Shown here piece by piece: positions 60,579 through 64,000 of a DNA stretch of 64,000 bases. Made by a program: the position numbers and the translations under genes. Under the pieces are notes generated by a model that was not told the origin of the DNA, made no database searches, and was given only the letters and a program-made list of their open reading frames with translations. The stretch is from Gemmatimonadales bacterium (GTDB lineage: Bacteria > Gemmatimonadota > Gemmatimonadetes > Gemmatimonadales > GWC2-71-9). The stretch covers positions 64,001 to 128,000 of the forward strand of contig JBFJCP010000003.1 of the NCBI GenBank assembly GCA_041615815.1, read 5' to 3'. How positions within the stretch are numbered: position 1 is the stretch's first letter; the number at the start of each line of letters is the position of its first letter.

Positions 60579-61687
60579 TATTTCAGGTTCGCGGTCTGTG
60601 CGAACTCCTTCAGGAGCCGCTCCTGCTCCTGAGAAAGCTTTTCCGGAATCTTGACGTCGATCTCCACAAACTGGTCTCCGCGTTTGCCGTTTCGCTCGAT
60701 ACCCTGACCGCGAATACGGAATTTGCGTCCCGGCTGAGTCCCCGCGGGGATGCGAAGCATCACACGTTTACCGTCGACCGTACGCACGCGGATCTTCGTG
60801 CCGAGGACAGCTTGCGCGAGATTGATGGGAATCGTGCAATGGAGATCGACACCGTCACGTTTGAAGAACCGATCCGATTTCACGTTGAACGTGGCGATGA
60901 GGTCTCCGGCGGCCCCCCCACCGGGGTGACGTTGTCCTTGGCCCTTGAGTCGGACCCGATGTCCCGTGTCCGTCCCAGCGGGAACCGTGACGAGCAGCCG
61001 CTTGGGAACCGACACCTCACCCTGGCCGGCACATCTGGGACACGGCTCGCTGGGCACCCGCCCCTGTCCCCGACATGCGGGACACGGTCGATGGACGGCG
61101 AACGAGCCCTGACCAAAGCTGACCGTTCCCCGCCCGCCGCATTCAGAGCAGGTGTCTACTCGCGCACCCGGCGCTGCACCGGATCCTCCGCAAGTGGGGC
61201 AGGCTTCACTGACCGAGACCGTAATGGGGATCTTGCCCCCGAGCGCGGCCATCCGGAACGAGACGTCCACAGACATCTCGATGGGCTCCACCCCGCTGGT
61301 CTTGCGACCCTTCCCGAAAATCGACGAGAACAGGTCCCCCAAACCACCAAACCCGCCGAACCCACCACCGCCACCTCCCCCACCCCCGAAGTCGAAATCC
61401 TCGAAGCGAACGCCGCCCGGACGGCCGGTCCGCCCGCTCCACGGACCGCCCGGCCCACCGAACGCTCCGAGTTTACGCATGGTATCGTACTTCTTCCGCT
61501 TCTCAGCATCACTCAAGACCGAATTGGCCTCTGAGATCTCCTTGAAGCGCTCGGCGGCCGTCGCGTCGTTGGGGTTCGCGTCCGGATGGTACTTCTTCGC
61601 GAGACGGCGATAGGCCTTCTTGATCTCGTCGGTGGTCGCCTTCTCGCTGACGCCGAGAACCTGGTAGTAGTCCTTGACCGCCGGCAT
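60575..61687 (-). CDS. dnaJ: Chaperone DnaJ
   Basis: J-domain with HPD, G/F-rich linker, four CxxCxGxG repeats, C-terminal domains. Confidence 0.97.
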   Translation of the reverse strand: MPAVKDYYQVLGVSEKATTDEIKKAYRRLAKKYHPDANPNDATAAERFKEISEANSVLSDAEKRKKYDTMRKLGAFGGPGGPWSGRTGRPGGVRFEDFDFGGGGGGGGGFGGFGGLGDLFSSIFGKGRKTSGVEPIEMSVDVSFRMAALGGKIPITVSVSEACPTCGGSGAAPGARVDTCSECGGRGTVSFGQGSFAVHRPCPACRGQGRVPSEPCPRCAGQGEVSVPKRLLVTVPAGTDTGHRVRLKGQGQRHPGGGAAGDLIATFNVKSDRFFKRDGVDLHCTIPINLAQAVLGTKIRVRTVDGKRVMLRIPAGTQPGRKFRIRGQGIERNGKRGDQFVEIDVKIPEKLSQEQERLLKEFAQTANLKY

Positions 61688-61690
61688 CGC

Positions 61691-62350
61691 TTAGCCCGAT
61701 TCCTCCTCGTCCGGCGTCATCGCCACGCGGACGCGTGCCGGTCGCAGCAGCACATCGCCAAACCGATACCCGACCTGCAGCACGGCAGCGACGGTGCCGT
61801 CGTCGTCGGGTGAGGACGCCGGAACCGTCCCCACCGCCTCGTGCCATTGCGGGTCGAAGCGCTCACCGGCCTGCCCGATCCGAGCCAGCCCGGCTGTCTC
61901 GAGGTCGCGCAAGAGCTTCCGTTCGACGAGGCGCACACCCTCCAAGACGTCCTGGACCGAGGCTTGTGCCGCATCGAACTCCGTCACCCGCCCCATGTCA
62001 TCCAAGGCGTCCAAGGTGTTGGCCACGACCTCCGCTTGCGCGCGAGCGCGGATCTCCTGGCGCTCCCGGGTCACCCGCTTGCGGAAGTTGTCGAACTCGG
62101 CGGCCAGCCGCAGATAGCGGTCCTGGACCTCATCCACCTCGGCCGTCAGCCGGCGGATCGCCTCGTCGGCCGGCTCGACCAGCGCCGCACCGCCATCGGC
62201 GGGCGGTCCGTCCGTAGCAGGCCCCGCCTCCTCCGGCGAAACGCCTTCTTCGCGGAATTGTGCGGAGCTATCCTCGGGAGGCGCCTGATCGGCAGGGGCT
62301 GAGGCCTGCTGCGCGTCGTATCGGTCCTGCGGCATATTTCGCTCGCTCAT
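61691..62350 (-). CDS. grpE: Nucleotide exchange factor GrpE
   Basis: YLRLAAEFDNFRKR, FDPQWHEAV, QVGY...LLRPARV. Confidence 0.96.
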   Translation of the reverse strand: MSERNMPQDRYDAQQASAPADQAPPEDSSAQFREEGVSPEEAGPATDGPPADGGAALVEPADEAIRRLTAEVDEVQDRYLRLAAEFDNFRKRVTRERQEIRARAQAEVVANTLDALDDMGRVTEFDAAQASVQDVLEGVRLVERKLLRDLETAGLARIGQAGERFDPQWHEAVGTVPASSPDDDGTVAAVLQVGYRFGDVLLRPARVRVAMTPDEEESG

Positions 62351-62409
62351 TCGTGCACGCTACCCTCTATTTTACAATGACTTACGCGTTCTCAATCTAA
62401 CCAGAAGAA

Positions 62410-62426
62410 CGCAAGGTGCATACCGC
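62410..62426 (-). promoter_or_regulatory. Possible sigma54 (-24/-12) promoter of grpE-dnaJ
   Basis: Minus strand GCGGTATGCACCTTGCG, with GG and GC at the sigma54 spacing. Confidence 0.35.
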
Positions 62427-62469
62427 CACAAATCTGCCAGTTTGACTCGTGACCTCCGTGCCCGTTCTA

Positions 62470-63744
62470 CTACGGCCCACCGGCCGCCTTGGCTTCACCG
62501 TGTGCGAGGCGCACGAGGTTGAGGGCGGCCTGAGCCGCCCGCCCGCGGATCTGGTCGCGGCCTCCAGGGAGTCGCACAGAAACCGTACGGCGGACGTTAC
62601 GGACCCGCGCGGAAAGGCAGACCGTGCCAACCGGCTTCTCCAGCGTACCCCCTGAGGGACCGGCGATGCCCGTGACCGCGACCCCGGCATCAGCGCCGAA
62701 CCGGCGGAGGGCCCCGTCCACCATTGCCTCCGCCACGACCTCGCTCACGGCGCCGTGCGCTTCGATCAGCTCCGCGGGGACGCCCAGGTCATGGATCTTG
62801 GACTCGTTCGCGTAACTAATGACGCCACCCACGAACACCGCTGAGGATCCTGGAATGGCCGTGAGGCGGCTCCCGACGAGCCCCCCGGTGCAGGACTCGG
62901 CCACGCAAAGTCGGAGTCCGTCCCGGCACAGCAGCTCCAGGACCACCGCCGCGAGGTCGTCGTCGTCCGCGCCATACCAGCATGTCCCGAGGTGGGCCCG
63001 CGCGGCGGAGATTGCTCGCTCGAGCGCGCGATCCGCGCGGTCAGGGGGCTGTCCCCACACCGTGAACCGCAGATCGACCCCCCCGATCTGAGGAAGGTAT
63101 GCCAGCGTCGCCGGCGCCAGGGTGGCTTCGAGCTCGCCGAGTATTTCCGCCAGTCGTGATTCTGCAATGCCGGTCGTCCGCAGTATCCGGGAGCGAATGA
63201 CGCGCAACGGCCCGCCCGACCGTTGAAGCCGGTCTTCCAGCCGGGGGACCACTTCGTCCCGCATGAGCGCCCGCATCTCAAACGGCACCCCAGGCAGGAG
63301 GACCGCGGTGCCCGGTGGACCTTCCATCCAGAGCCCGGGAGCGGTGCCTTTCCGATTGGGCAGGACGGTGGCGCCGCGGGGGACCTCTGCCTGACATCGG
63401 TTGGTCTCCGGCATTGGCCCCCGGCCCATCGCGGCAAACCGTTCGCGGAGCCTTTCGAGATAGGCCTCGTCGAGCTCCAGGGGGGCGTCGAAGATATCTG
63501 CGATCGCCCGTTTGGTTACGTCGTCCTTTGTCGGTCCTAGGCCACCGGTTGTGATAACGAACCCCGACCGCCGGAGGGCACCTGCCACGGCCTCGTGGAT
63601 CGCCGGCCCCGCGTCCCCGACGGTGGTATGACCGGCGACCCGCGCGCCCACCGCCGCCACGGCTTGCGCGATTTCGGCTGCGTTGCTGTCGAGAGTGAAC
63701 CCGAGCAGGAGCTCGGTTCCGATGGTGACGATCTCAAGATCCAT
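62470..63744 (-). CDS. cinA: Competence/damage-inducible protein CinA (MoCF domain + NMN deamidase)
   Basis: IGTELLLG, GGLGPTKDDVT, LPGVPFEM, VAESCTGG, GAVS, TGIAGP. Confidence 0.95.
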   Translation of the reverse strand: MDLEIVTIGTELLLGFTLDSNAAEIAQAVAAVGARVAGHTTVGDAGPAIHEAVAGALRRSGFVITTGGLGPTKDDVTKRAIADIFDAPLELDEAYLERLRERFAAMGRGPMPETNRCQAEVPRGATVLPNRKGTAPGLWMEGPPGTAVLLPGVPFEMRALMRDEVVPRLEDRLQRSGGPLRVIRSRILRTTGIAESRLAEILGELEATLAPATLAYLPQIGGVDLRFTVWGQPPDRADRALERAISAARAHLGTCWYGADDDDLAAVVLELLCRDGLRLCVAESCTGGLVGSRLTAIPGSSAVFVGGVISYANESKIHDLGVPAELIEAHGAVSEVVAEAMVDGALRRFGADAGVAVTGIAGPSGGTLEKPVGTVCLSARVRNVRRTVSVRLPGGRDQIRGRAAQAALNLVRLAHGEAKAAGGP

Positions 63745-64000
63745 CGCCGGGGGCGCTACCCCCCGCGGGGGTGCTGCGGAAGAGCCGGCGGTAGCGGTAC
63801 ATGTAGACGGCCAGGGAATACGCCGTCAGCAGCACGGCGCCGGCCAAGGTGATGGCCACGAGCGCACCGTGAAACCGATCCCACAGCGCGCCCAACCACC
63901 CCCGCTCCCACCCGAAGGCCACCCGCATGTCTTTCCATGCGAACCACGCAATCGTGGCGCCAATGAAGATGTCCTGCACGATCGTCTTCGCCTTCCCGGC
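63734..64000 (-). CDS. pgsA: CDP-alcohol phosphatidyltransferase, C-terminal part (5' end outside the window)
   Basis: GKAKTIVQ motif followed by TM helices; pgsA-cinA adjacency is common. Confidence 0.7.
   Translation of the reverse strand, partial: AGKAKTIVQDIFIGATIAWFAWKDMRVAFGWERGWLGALWDRFHGALVAITLAGAVLLTAYSLAVYMYRYRRLFRSTPAGGSAPGDGS

Noticed and set aside
61355..61390. G-rich repeat tract in dnaJ
   Set aside because: It encodes the normal G/F-rich linker.
1..64000. CRISPR array, tRNA, rRNA or IS elements
   Set aside because: No regularly spaced repeats, cloverleaf or rRNA signatures, or transposase ORFs were recognised by eye; tRNAscan-SE and Infernal were not run.

Overview
A GC-rich bacterial chromosomal window. 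Gene content and order suggest Gemmatimonadota, but this is inferred, not established. It holds about 65 CDS; I recognised no rRNA, tRNA, CRISPR array, transposase, integrase or prophage. Housekeeping and stress genes include dut (partial), ppa, otsA, hpt, msrPQ, bshB1, a cysteine desulfurase, mnmA, an Opu-type osmoprotectant ABC transporter, a Kef-type antiporter, dnaJ-grpE, cinA and pgsA (partial). There is also a TolC/MacA/ATPase export operon with four MacB-type permeases and a very large NtrY-like sensor kinase. An accessory stretch (about 37-48 kb) carries many small co-oriented genes, two of them disrupted (one frameshift, one in-frame amber). The best candidate for an uncharacterised system is a coupled three-gene operon at 42398-45316: a DUF350-like membrane protein, an amidase-less glutathionylspermidine-synthase-like ATP-grasp ligase, and an unknown soluble protein ending in a GGFG...SSSGGG tail. 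A second candidate is a degenerate Hpt-REC-GGDDY-REC regulator with a HEAT-repeat membrane protein and a processive GT2 (53390-57554). Non-coding signals include repeated -10 boxes placed 6-9 nt before start codons (possible leaderless mRNAs), a tandem TetR operator, a 17-bp inverted-repeat element, and IHF/sigma54-like sites. Family assignments come from motif recognition by eye, not from database searches.
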